A stretch of DNA of 64,000 nucleotides from the human T2T-CHM13v2.0 reference genome, Homo sapiens, in NCBI RefSeq assembly GCF_009914755.1, contig NC_060942.1. One strand, 5' to 3'. A model generated the notes under the pieces. It was not told where the DNA came from, made no database searches, and saw only the letters and a list, made by a program, of their open reading frames with translations. This document shows, one piece after another, positions 31,448 to 48,766 of this stretch; position 1 is the stretch's first letter, and each line of letters opens with the position of its first letter. The position numbers were made by a program, and so were the translations under genes.

Positions 31448-32625
31448 TAGTGTAGAAAAATGGTATTGACCTGTGTACATTTCTCTTTTAGTCTATGGTG
31501 TTGCTGAGCTCTCTTATTAGTTCTAATGATTTGCCTGATTGTTCTGTTAGTTTTCTACATAGGTGAATAATACAATTTTTATGTCTTCCCTTTTAATTCT
31601 TACCTCTCTTACTTCTTTTCCTCTTGTAGGGTTGGCCAGGACTTTTCCTTGTAATGTTCAACAGACGTAATGACAGTGGGCAGTCTTATCTTATTCTTAT
31701 CTTAAAGGGAATACATCTAAAGTTTTTTCTTAACTATAATGTTTACTAAAGGCTTTGGTGTATTACTTTTACTAAGTTAAGAAAGTTTCCTTCTATTCCT
31801 AGTTTTCTAGGGATTTTTAAAAAAATCATAATTAAGTGGTGACTTTTATCTGAAACTTTTTCCATCATTTGAGATAATGCAATTTACCTCTTGTAGCCTA
31901 CTAACGAGGTAAATTGATTTGATGGATTTTCACAGATTGAACCATCCTTGCATTTCTGAGATAAACTTCATTGATCAGGATTCAGTTAGCTATTGTTCTA
32001 TTTAAGAATTTTATATCTACATTTCTAAGGGCAAGAGGCCTGTAATTTTCTTTTCTTATCAGGTTCTTATCTGACATTGAAATCAAGATTACATAGGTCT
32101 CATAAAATGAACTGTAAACCTGTCTTATTTTCTGGCACAACTTGTATAATATAAGAGTTAACTGTACTTTCAAAGTTTGCTAGACTTCCTCTGTAAATTA
32201 TTTAAGGTAAAATTTTCTCTTTGTGAGGGGAGGTTTTGTTGACTACCTTTTCAATGTCTTTCATGCTTATTGGCTTATTTAAATTTTCTATTTTTTCTTG
32301 CACCAATTTTGTCATTTTTCCCCCTAGGAATTTGTCCACTTCATTTTGGTCATAAAATGTGTTAGTGTACAATTGTTAATAATATTTCTATAATTATTTT
32401 CTAATCTATTATATCTATTCTTTTCATTCTTTATTTTATTCATTTAAATATTTTCTCTTTTTCTTCATCAGTCTTGCAACATGTTTGCTACATTATTAGT
32501 CTTAAAAGAAAATAGCCCTTTAGTTTTGTTAAGATTCTCTTATTTTTGCCCCTTACTTCATTAATTTCTACCCTTCTCTGTGTAATAATTTCCTTCCTTT
32601 TTGCTTTTAAAAATTTGTCCTGTTA

Positions 32626-33030
<405 letters not shown>

Positions 33031-33338
33031 TTAGCTGTGTCCTCCAAATTTTGACATGTATATTTGACATGACAAATAATACATTGACATGTATTATTTG
33101 ACATGACAAATAATTCTCAATATTTAAAACATCAAGTTATTCAGTTGGAAAACAGTATTATTTTGTAATATGCTTTTTAGTTTTGATGCATATAGTATTT
33201 TTAAGCAACTATTTTAAGTTTTAATTTGTTATTTTATGAATTTATTGAGGCTACCTTTATGGTCTAATAAATCATCTTGTTTTGTAAATGTTCTACATGC
33301 ACATGAAAAGAATGTGTTTCTATATTTGTTGAATGTAG

Positions 33339-33670
<332 letters not shown>

Positions 33671-33904
33671 TGAGTTTATATATTTCTAAAAGTTTGAGGT
33701 TGTTAACTGCACTGAATATCTCTTATTTTCTTTTTTATTAATCTATTAGTTCCTGAAAGTAGTCTGTTAAAATTTCCAGTTATAATCTGTTTTTCCTTAG
33801 AGTTAGGTCAATTATTTATTGTTTTACATATCTTGAGATTGTATTGTTAAGTGTATATGTGTTTTGATGGTTATGTCTTCTTTTCTTTTTTTAAATTTTA
33901 TTTT

Positions 33905-34073
33905 GGCTGGGTGAGGTGGGCTCACACCTTTATTCCCAATACTTTGAGAAGCTAAGGTGGGAAGATCGCTTGACTAGCCTGGGAAACATACTGATCCCAG
34001 TCTTGGACTCAAGTGATCCTCCTGCCTTAGCCTCCTGAGTGGCTGCAATTACAGGTGCACAACACCATGCCGA
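33905..34073. mobile_element. Two fused Alu fragments in opposite orientation
   Basis: Plus arm 33905-33990, minus arm 34002-34073. Confidence 0.75.
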
Positions 34074-34299
34074 CTTTTATATCTGCTTTTCATTTTCCTC
34101 CTTTTCAGTTTCTATGTTTTTTCCTGTTCACTTTTGATACTTTTTTCAGAAATTGATTTTTTCTGTATTAAGATAGCTATATCTGCTTTCTATTGGTCCA
34201 TAGCTACCTAGCATGTGTTTATCCATTCTTTATTTTTCAATGTTTCTGTGTCTTCAAGTATGTCTTTTGTGGTCAACATATTATTTATAATTTTTTAAT

Positions 34300-34602
34300 T
34301 ATTTTTTTTTTAGAGACAGAGTCTCACTCTATTGCCCAGACTGGAGTGCAGTGGCACTATCAGAGCTCACTGTAACCTTGAACTCCTAGGATCAAGTAAC
34401 TTTCCAGCCTCAGCTTCCTGAGTAGCTAGTACCACAGGCAAGTGCCAACATGCCTGGCTATTTTTTTTTTTTTTTTAATTGTAGAGGCAGGGTCTCGCTA
34501 TGTTGCCCAGGCTGGTCTTGAACTCCTGGGCTTAAGCGATCCTTTTTGGCTTGACCTACCAAAGTGCTGGGATTATAAGTGTGAGCCATTGCACCTGGCC
34601 CA
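34300..34602 (-). mobile_element. AluJ
   Basis: Antisense dimeric Alu. Confidence 0.87.
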
Positions 34603-34809
34603 ACATATTTTGTTTGTGTTATTTTTCAAATCTAATCTTAGAGTCTGTCTTTTAATTGGTGAGCTAATTTGAAAAAAATTCTAAAATATTTTTCTTCATA
34701 ATTTATTCACATATTCCCTGCTTTTATTTTAAAAAGTCTCCTGGGACTCATATTAGATATTGATATGTTTTCTGCCCTTCAAATCTTTTAACTTTTAAAG
34801 CACTTTTAA

Positions 34810-35282
<473 letters not shown>

Positions 35283-36349
35283 TAATTTTTGGTCCTAAGA
35301 TATATAACCCCTTGTTTATATATACAAACTATATATATATAGTGTTTATTTAAAATTCTTCGTCCATCTGTTTCCATTTTGCTTTAGCTGGTATCTGTGT
35401 TTAGCTCACTGTTTGTCTGTTAGAGACGTTCTCAGGTATCTAGTTATTTGTGCCTGTGAGCTCATGTTCACCTGGGAATAACAGCTGCTCTTTCTGGTAA
35501 TGTGTTTGGGGAAAGGGATGAAGGCCAGACCCCAAGCCAAATCTCTCTGAGTATTAGGGAGAGGGGAGTAGGAAGTCCCAGTGCAGAGAGATGCCCTCAG
35601 CTACTGTTAATTATTTCTTTTTCAGGAGTAATATCCACCAGACAACTCTGCCTCAGGAATCCTTCTTTAAACTCTTTGAAATAAGCAGCTCTAGTAGAAG
35701 CCAGTTTCCTTAGTTTGTAGTACCCCAGTCATGGGCAACTGGTGTGTGGGGGACCATCAGTCCAGGCCTGTTTTTATTAATATCTCACTCCAGCAGGACT
35801 TTTGTGCTACCCTGATATTACCATTCTGACATGGGACAGGCTTGGGGCTGTTGCTGTCAATTTCTCTGGAGATGGGTGAAATATATATTTTTATTTTAAT
35901 TTGGATTCCTTGATAATAAATGAGGTTGAACTATACATATATATGTTATATATGTTTGTACATATATATATACACACAGTATATATAAATTTTACAACAA
36001 GGATTTCTTTTATGAATTGTTAATTCACTTTGCCCATTTTATTATTTATTTATTTATTTGTATTGATTGATAAAATGTCTTTGTATGTGATAAATAGTTT
36101 TTCTTATGTAGCTTTCGTATTCTGTTTCAATGAGTTGCCTTTTATAACTTTATTTATGATATTTCTTTGCTAAACAGCCTTGTTAATTTTTATATAGCTA
36201 AATATGTCTTTTATTTTTCATTTATGACCTCTGGGTTTTATGCCTCTACTTAATTTTAGTGATGCAAATAAAACCCCTCACACATAGACAAATGAGGATT
36301 TTAAACAAATCTGTTATTTATTAAATATTTATTTTTTACTTTTACTATT

Positions 36350-36648
36350 TATTTATTTTAGGGATGGGGGGTCTCCCTATGTTGCCCAGGCTGGTCTTGA
36401 ACTCCTGGCCCCAAGCAATCCTCCTGCCTCTGCCTCCCAAAGTGCTGGGATAACAGGCATGCACCACTATGCCTGGCTTATTTTTACTTTTTAAAACTTG
36501 CTGTTCTTTTCTAAAAAATGAGATCTTGCTATATTGCCCAGGCTGGAGTGCAATGCTGGTGACCACAGTGCACTGCAATCTTGAACTCCTGACCTCAAAG
36601 CAATCCTCTCGCCTCAGCCAAGTAGGTGTGTGTGTCACCATGCCTAGC
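36350..36648 (-). mobile_element. Two Alu monomer fragments (36350-36478, 36515-36648)
   Basis: Antisense Alu arms. Confidence 0.75.
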
Positions 36649-36746
36649 TGTTGTTAGATTTTTAAATTTAAAAAGTACACACTTGACATAAACAAATTAA
36701 GCAATTTGAAAGGCTATAAAGTTAATATTCTTCCCCTCCCCCATGA

Positions 36747-37178
<432 letters not shown>

Positions 37179-37242
37179 TAGCTATCACATCAGACCAATA
37201 TTTATAATTTAATTCATTATTTTCTTAGAAAAATAATATTTT

Positions 37243-37410
37243 GGCTGGGTGCAGTGGTGTGGGCCTGTAGTCCCAGCTACTCAGGAGGCTGAGGCTGGGG
37301 GATCCCTTCAGCCTAGGACTTTGAAGCTGTAGTGTTCTATGATTGCACCTGTGAATAGCCACTGCACTCCAACCTGTGCAACACAATGAGACCCTGTCTC
37401 AAAAAATAAT
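37243..37410 (+). mobile_element. FAM (fossil Alu monomer)
   Basis: Monomer retaining 7SL-like GTGAATAGCCACTGCACTCC. Confidence 0.8.
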
Positions 37411-37520
37411 AATTAAAAATAACATTCTGTGATATGGATGTTCTACAATCTATTTATCTATTCTCTTACTGATAGATATGCTAGTTTTTTCCAGCTTTTG
37501 TGAATATAAATAACAATAAA

Positions 37521-38200
<680 letters not shown>

Positions 38201-39794
38201 GATACAGGTAACACTAAAGGTTTTTACATGTCATTTTAAGGACAAATAAATGTTCAGGTCTTGGATTTTGTCTGATGAGAAATGGAATTTTATTACTACA
38301 GAGTCTGCATAACTATATCTGACCATAACTATCTGTACATAACTACACCTAACTATATATCGATACTTATATAACTATATCTGATATGTTGTAATGGGAT
38401 TTTGTTCTAATGATTATATTTCTCGAAATTGCATCTCTAAAATCTGAAAATTTAACAGTACTTCTTTATTGGGAATTATTGTGAGGAAAAGAGTTACATA
38501 GTTTATACCACTCCTCATTCTACAATATTTACGTATGTGGATGTGGGTTGAATTTTCTTCCAGAGGGGATTTTGGAAATTTCGTTAAGTAAGTGATGAAA
38601 CTGGTATGATGGCTGAAGATAACTGAAGGGTAATTAGAGTTCTTTTGTTTGGCTTTTAGGTGGCAAAAAGTTTATCTGTGGCTGACATATAAATATACAA
38701 TTGCATATTTCTTTTAAAAAGTTGACTTTGCTAACAGACACCAGATTTTTTTTCTTTGTTCTGGATGATGAGTTGTAAGTGGATCAAAAGGAAGTATTGA
38801 TTTGTTCCACTGGCACACTAAAGGAGCATTCAGTGTTTTAAATCTTTAACAAGACATTTATTGCCCTAATCACTAAAATCAGTGGTTATAAATTAGGATG
38901 TTTCCTGCAAAGTTAGGTTTATAACCAGCTTCTTGTTTAACTGGGAACTTTAAAGATGATCCAGTTTTAGTCCCATCTCATCTGTGAAATGAGGACACTG
39001 GGGCCAGAGGGATTAAGTCACTTCTCAGAGTGAATGAAGAGCAAAGCCCGGACTAGAACCCTCCCGCTGTTTTTAACTCTTCTTCATAGGGAACCAGGGG
39101 TGCCAACAACAGGGGGCAGAAAAAGACTAGTGGCAAAGGCATTTGAATTGGGAATATAATAATGTCTCCCCAAAGATTTCCTGCTGCTGTAGCATACTGT
39201 ATTTTATGGGCACTGTCCGCTCCTGGACAATTTCTGTTGCTTCCTTGGAGGGGCCACTGAAAGCAGATGTCTGCAAGGCAGCATCCCGACCGTCCATGTC
39301 TTGAGTCCTGATTCTTCAAATGCCCATGCTTCTGTGCATCCAGACAATTGTGGAGTGAGCAGACAAGGCAGGGAGAAGTGACTTATAGGACGTGATTCAG
39401 CAACATAAAAAGAGGGGCTTACTTATTTCATACATTCATGATGAACCCATCCTAACTGGATCATTAAATTATTGACTTAACTTCAATAATATAATTATCT
39501 CAGTAGAATCTACTTGGGCTTCTGAATCAAGGTAAATTGTGATTTTATCACACGTAAGTTGAAAAGGTATGAAATGGAGGTGAGCAAATGGACACCTTTA
39601 GGAAAGAGACTTGGTTGTGATGTCTTGTGGGGGGATGACCAGGGAGAGATGTGGGTTTGCATGGGGGCTGGAAGGAAGCAATTTATAATGTACACGGGGC
39701 CCCCTACAAATGGCTCTATTTTTTCTTGTAAGGATATGTATTGGTCAGATGTTTTCAAATTCACATAATGTTTGGGCCAGATGATAACCTGTTG

Positions 39795-39970
39795 AGTCAT
39801 TAATATCTGTCCCTTGCTTTCTGTTCCTGCTGCTGCATTTGGGTTTTAGCCATTCATTATCTCTTGCTTGGAAATTGTCAATGGTCTTCTCCTTAGTCTC
39901 ACTACTAGTGCCAATCCCCTTCCTAGCCATTTTCTATGTGACTTCCAATGTGACCCTTTTGAAAGCACAG
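39795..39970 (+). mobile_element. L2 fragment
   Basis: CATTATCTCTTGCTTGGAAATTGTCAATGGTCTTCT motif. Confidence 0.55.
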
Positions 39971-40038
39971 GGAGATATTGCTACACACCTATTAAAATGG
40001 CCACAATTAGAAACCAAAATAAAACAAAAAAATCATGT

Positions 40039-40620
<582 letters not shown>

Positions 40621-40699
40621 GTTGTGTGTGAACGTAAGTTTTTGCTTCATGTGGGTAAATATCTAAACATGTGATTGCATGGTTGAATGGTAAATATAA

Positions 40700-41838
<1,139 letters not shown>

Positions 41839-42043
41839 GATCCTTGTTTACGTATAAGAACCAATGAGATGCACCTGTTGAATTTCAGCTTCTTATCATG
41901 CCTCTGCCATTCTGCACTGAGCTGTATTGCAGAGTTGGGAATATCTTGGGCTGTGGGGTTATGGTGGCTTCCACTCCTCTCCTCCCTAGGGGAGAGGCAC
42001 ATTTAGCTAGCTAAGAACGAAACCACATATTCCTACCCAACTT

Positions 42044-42133
42044 TCTCCCTTCCAAATATTAGCCAGACCCAACCCTGCTTAGCTTTTGAGATCAGACAGG
42101 ATTGGGTGCTTTCAGAGTACTATGGCAGCAGGC
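42044..42133 (-). pseudogene. 5S rRNA retropseudogene (nt 1-90, no poly-A tail)
   Basis: Minus strand GCCTGCTGCCATAGTACTCTGAAAGCACCCAATCCTGTCTGATCTCAAAAGCTAAGCAGGGTTGGGTCTGGCTAATATTTGGAAGGGAGA aligns without gaps to 5S nt 1-90; 15-bp direct repeats on both sides. Confidence 0.93.
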
Positions 42134-42918
42134 CCTACCCAACTTTCTATCCATAGAACCCTGCCCCCTTCAGGTTCAGGAGCGTCTTGATTAATCTAGT
42201 GGGTCATTCATCAAATGTGAATTGTAGGTTCATTGTTTATTTTTTCTTTAATTCCACAAAGTGAGTAGTTCAGATGCATTTTAGGGATTACACTTTGTTT
42301 TGCGTATAAATGGATGCTTGAAGGGAAATTAGCTTCTCTGGGCCCTGAGCTTACAGCATCCTTCATTGCTCTTGCTGGGCTGCCTGTTTCTTCTTTGGTG
42401 TTCCTGGTCTGTACTGAAGAGTCCAGGGAAAAGACCTCACTGATCAGAGAATCACTCATTGCCTTACTCTTCTGTCCTACTGTCAGAGGACGGTTATGAT
42501 TTTTGCTTCAGGACGCGTGATCATCCTAATTGTAGCCTCCAGAGGTGTCAGGCTCACTAATGGTTCTGAGGCCATCTTGATTCCAGAGCAAGCAGCTGAT
42601 TTGTTTTTTCCTTGACTTCCTGTTCTTGGTGACAGGTTTGATCATACTAGGTGTTAGAAACCCAGTAAGAAATGAATGAAAATGCAATTTAGTGACACAC
42701 ATTGGCAAAACATTAACATTTCCCAATTCTCTTGATTATGATGAAAAGGGGGCTTGTTCTTGGACTCTAAATTATTATTATTACTTCTTGTTTTAATTTT
42801 CTTGCTTTAATCAAGTGGAATGTTAATCCATTTTCTCGGAGCTGAATTTAGAATTTCTCAGGATGCATCTGGATCCAGTTCTACTGACACAAAATATTTC
42901 CAGTCTTAATTCTTTCTA

Positions 42919-43274
<356 letters not shown>

Positions 43275-43639
43275 CTATGCAGCACAGAAGAGAAAGCAGG
43301 GGCCTCCTTCCCGCCCCCCGGTTTAATGACATGGAAGAGGAGTAGTGGGGCAGAGGCCAAGATGCAGCGTTTCCTGGAGCCCCAAACCCTCATTGGAGCA
43401 CTTTCTTTTCCTGCAACGAAGGCCAACATTCTTCCGCAACTCCACAGATGACCCTGCTACACAGATTTATTTTTCCTGAATCTAACGTGTCAAAAAATTC
43501 CAGGGCCAGGACCCTTGCTATTTCCAAGCCAACCTTTCACCCTAGAGTTTCCCAGTGATGTTCTTAAGGAAGTGAGACATTTGGTTTGCTTCATACCAGC
43601 TGATTCAACTGACCCGGGAAAGGTTGTAGTTAATTCTTT

Positions 43640-43947
43640 TGGTTGTTGTTGTTTGTTTTTTTTTTGAGACGGAGTCCCTCTCTGTCACCCAGGCTGTAGT
43701 GAAGTGGCGTGATCTCAGCTCACTGCAGCCTCTGCCTCCTGGGTTCAAGTGATCCTCCTGCCTCAGCCTCCTGAGTAGCTGAGACTACAGGTGCGCACCA
43801 CTACCCCCAGCTAATTTTTGTATTTTTAGTAGAGACGGGGTTTTGCCATGTTGGCCAGGATGGTCTTGAACTCCTGACCTCCGGTGATCTCCCCGCCTCG
43901 GCCTCCCAAAGTGCTGGGATTACAGGTGTGAACCACTGTGCCCGGCC
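43640..43947 (-). mobile_element. AluS
   Basis: Antisense dimeric Alu; TSD about GGTTG(TA/CG)GTTAATTCT. Confidence 0.9.
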
Positions 43948-44511
43948 TGGTTGCGGTTAATTCTGCAACTACTGCCTTGCTGGGCTACTGTGGGAAACAA
44001 TGTTTTTTCAACTAAGCCAGTAAGATGGCAGCACCAAAGGAACTCCTCAAGCACCCACCTGAGCACTGTCTTTGGTCCCCTGTCATCCCAATGTCTCGAG
44101 GCTAGCTTCATGCCATCTTTGCCAAGGATTTTCTCTAAGCCCGGCTTTTCATGTGGATGGCATGTCTCTCCCATAAGGCCTAGTTGTATTTCTTTGGAAA
44201 CCTCCCACGGTGCCTAATGCAATCCCTAGCACATATATTGAGTTACATACTTGGGGCTGTTCTGCAGCCTGCCTGGGGCTTGGAGCTGGTTTCATCTTTT
44301 TTTAGAGCATAGATCCAATTGTGGGCAGGTAGGTGCCTTTCAGCCTTAGGGGCTCTAAGCTCTCTGTGAGGATTGGCTGGGTGTTTCTAGATGTTCGCTG
44401 TCACTACTGGTGGGTTTTCTTTGCCTGCCTGTAACTGTCTCTGCCTCCCCTAGTTTTGCCACCATTTAGTGATATTGACAATGAAAATGACAATGGCAGC
44501 AAGAGGACTGA

Positions 44512-44710
44512 CAGGCAGTATAGAATAGTGTGGATTCTGCAGGCCGACTACCTGGGTTCACATTCTATTTCTGCTGCTTACTAGTTGTGTGACCTTGGGC
44601 AAGTTGCCTAACCCCTCTGTGCCTCAGTTTCTCATCTGTAATAGTCTCTATTTCATATGGTTGTCATGAATTAGAAGTGAGTAAATATGTGTAAATTCTT
44701 AAAACTTCAC
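44512..44710 (+). mobile_element. MIR
   Basis: TGTGTGACCTTGGGCAAGTTGCCTAACCCCTCTGTGCCTCAGTTTCTCATCTGTAA. Confidence 0.88.
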
Positions 44711-44737
44711 ATGTCATCTATTATTTTTATTGTTAGT

Positions 44738-44935
44738 ACAGCTACCATGTATTGGATGCTCACTAAATGTCAGGCACTATTAAAAGTATCTCATAGGTAT
44801 TTTATTTAAACCCTTACAACAACCTTGTGAGAGGAGTATGCTTATACCCATTTTAAAGGTAAGGACACTAAGGCTCAGTAACTCATTCAGATGGTTCCAC
44901 TAATGAGTGGTAGAACCAGGATACAAACCCAGGGC
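44738..44935 (-). mobile_element. MIR
   Basis: ACAACAACCTTGTGAG...CCCATTTTAAAGGTAAGGACACTAAGGCTCAG. Confidence 0.8.
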
Positions 44936-44948
44936 TGCCTGCATCTGA

Positions 44949-45131
<183 letters not shown>

Positions 45132-46224
45132 TAATCAGTTTGCTAATATATCTTCTTATATTGACGTGGCCAATCACAAATATGGTACATTAGCTGTTGT
45201 AGCTCCTTTCCTTTTCATCTGCATTTGGAGAGATATGTCGTGACTCTATTTTTTTCTCTTCCATGATCTCTTTTCTTCCACTATGGTTGGCAAAAATACC
45301 TTGCCAATGTTTTGGAGTGACTGAAAGTTGAGGTAACCATCTCAGCCACAGCTTATGAGGTCTTCAGAATGGCTTGGTTCCTCAAGGAGTCAGGCATTTG
45401 TGAAGTCTATGCTGCCCAGGGCTGGAAGAAATTTTGGATGACAGAGAAGGTTTGTGGTTATACTTTTGTCTTTATTTCCAAATTGCTTCTATGACGGGTT
45501 GATCAAGTGGTCTAGATTCTGAGGCTGCAGACCTACCCGATGCCCTTGTTTGTGGTCTCATTAGCTTGTGGTACCTGATATAGGTTAGATAGATCTCGGA
45601 TCTTTCTGCACTGTTGGGCAAGCTTACAAAGTCATTTAACCTCCCTGCAGTTCTCTGAAAAGAAAAAGAATAACACTTGATTTATCAGGTTGGGAGGGAG
45701 TTAAAAATATGTCTGTGGAAGCTCTTAGCAGGCATTCAAGAAGTGTTTACTTCTCTAGTTCCAGTCTGTAGCTACAAATGTTGGCAAGAATTTTACAATG
45801 AATAACAGAAGGATATTTTATGTATCAGACTTAGCCATTGTCACTAAGTAGAAAACATTCAGTGTGTGCCCTCCAGGCCCACACTATGATGATTGAGCAC
45901 TAGCCAGGGGGCACTATGCTAGATGAATTAAATGCTTATTGATCCTCCTAGCTCCCATGTAAGAGAGGGATTTTCTCCATTTTGCACATGAGAAAACAGG
46001 TTCAGAGAAATAAAAGTTTCCCAACGTCATACAGCTAGTTAGGCTCTAAAGAAGTACCATCTTTATATGAAAGGAATAGAACAAATGTTATTCATTTGTC
46101 ATGTTTGTTGATCATTTGATATGCACTTGGCACAGATTTAGGTGTTATGTGTATAAAGCAAAGAAATATACATGGAGACTTACACTTTAGTTGAAGAGAT
46201 AATCACACAGACATTGCAGACTTA

Positions 46225-46482
<258 letters not shown>

Positions 46483-46762
46483 CTAGGAGAGAAGGTATTG
46501 GGATAATACAATTCTCCCTGTACAGAATCATGTACAATTTGGTGCTTAATACATAATTTTCTTTGGACAGGGAGAGAGGGATGTGATGCCCATCGGTCAG
46601 CCCCTTCAGAGAATTCTGTGTGGCATTTTGTCAGCTTCATGTGGTCATCTTCACCCCTCTCAGATTTACCATAACCACAGTGACATCTAAAGGAAACTCT
46701 CACACTTGGTGAGAACTGTCCAACTACCCAAAGACAGATTGGCATCAAAACTGGGAGTGTAA

Positions 46763-46936
<174 letters not shown>

Positions 46937-48469
46937 TCAGAGTTCTGTGCTAGAAGCAGCATGTTTACAGGTGAGAATGAGCCCCTTTGTCTGGAGGAGC
47001 CATTGTTTCTCCCTGCTGGTGGGGCTGTCATTTCCACTCTGCAGCCAGGGAGAGCCAAAGAGGTTGAACCTGAACAGAAGAAAAGCCCAGGAGGATTTGC
47101 ATGTGCTTTGGTCTGCGTGCTCTAATCCAGCTTCCTTAGGTCCTTGGCAGAGGAGGTAAAATGAGCAGTAGAGATGTGAGGGAATTGGGGCCCCCCCAAG
47201 TTGGGTCCAATCTACTAAGAGATGCAAATTGATAAATAAACACTAAAACAATGAGGCTCTGCTAATTCTCTGACAAAGGACAAATTGCTAATCTAACCTC
47301 ACTGCCAGGAAACCTGCCTCAGTTGAACAAAGGCCGCATTTTCAGCGGCTGTTGTATATGTAAACTGGCTGTGCTGGTCAGTTAAGTGGATTTACTCTCA
47401 CCTGCCTCCCGGGGGAGGGGTGGCAGGTAATCCTTCCTTTCTCTAAAGGTCTCAGCGAAACGGTCATCTGATCTGACCAGGAAAGGCCTGGGAGGATGTA
47501 CCAAATTTTAGCCACTTTAGAATAACTGCCAAATTGCTCATGGACAAAAGGGCCAGTGTACGAAGGGGCAGGGGCTGGCAGTGGCAGCCCTTCCAGCTCA
47601 GGATTCGTAAAAGGCCTTGGGTGTCCCAGCCTCTCTCCAGCTGCCCCACCCCAGGGTTTGAGGCCTTCTCTGGAGAGAGGTGGTTGTCAGTGCTCCTGGG
47701 TGCTAGTGATTTTCTGACAAGGTGTCTGTCACCTGGGGCCTTGCTGTGGGATGCAGCCTGCCTCCCTGTGGACTCTCTGCCCTCCCCGACTTCCTCGTGA
47801 AGGCTGTCTCCCACTCAAGGTGTCAGCTCATTCATTCTTCCAACTGACCTGCAGAGGAGAGTCTGGCGCTGAGATGACACCTTCACAGACAGAGTGAACC
47901 CAAAGCTAATCACCTGGGGATGTCGCAGATAAGCCCCAGTCTCAGTGGCCTCTGGCCTCCTTTACCTTCTCCTGGCTCTGCCTCCCGTCAGCCCATGTCC
48001 TCCTCCTCAAAGGCACCCTTCTGGGTGGGCTAAAGCGTGGCTCCGTAAGGGAGGAAATGGTAGCTTTTCTGGAGCAACTGGTGCTCTTGAGACACTTCCT
48101 GCTGTGATTTCACACACAGAAGTCTTGCTCAGGGGGACATAGCCTGGACCTCTTACAGTGTCAGAATTGCAAAGCATCTTCACACTCCCCGGTCTGAGGC
48201 CCAGGGAAGAACTTTGAAGTCATTTCTGGAGATGCTACCAAGGAACGGGTGATTTCAAACACAGATTCAGAATTGATGAAGAATAAGCACAACTTAGCCC
48301 CGACAGGGCCTTTGAGAGGGCGCCTGGGTGATGTCTGGAAGCCTCCCCACATTCAGGGATGGAATTCTTTCTGCTATGCTCCCTTCCATGTGGGACTGCA
48401 GACACAGACTCTTGGTTCTGTGACCAGAGACTCTTATGTGAAGACTCATGACAAATTTTCTGTCTGTTT

Positions 48470-48766
48470 GGCTGGGCGTGGTGGCTCATGCCTGTAATCC
48501 TAACAGTTTGGGAGGCCAATGTGGGTGGATGGCTTGAGCCCAGGAATTTGAGACCAGCCTGGGCGAAATGGAGAAATCCTGTCTCTACTAAAAAACAGAA
48601 AAATTATCTGGATGTGGTGGTGCACGCCTGTGGTCCCAGCTACTCAGGAGGCTGAGGTGGGAGAATCCTTTGAGCAGGGAGGCATAGATTGCAGTGAACT
48701 GAGATCACACCACTGCACTCCAGTCTGGGCAACAGAGGGAGACCCTGTCTCAAAAAAAAAAAAAAA
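48470..48766 (+). mobile_element. AluJ
   Basis: Dimeric Alu; TSD about TTCTG(T/A)CTGTT. Confidence 0.88.

Noticed and set aside
31982-32173. Novel reverse transcriptase gene
   Set aside because: Short decayed piece of an old L1 ORF2
38308-38384. CRISPR-like repeat-spacer array
   Set aside because: Units ~12-14 nt, degenerate, no real spacers, primate context and no cas genes
42044-42133. Functional 5S rRNA gene
   Set aside because: Lacks nt 91-121 and terminator, many substitutions, flanked by a TSD
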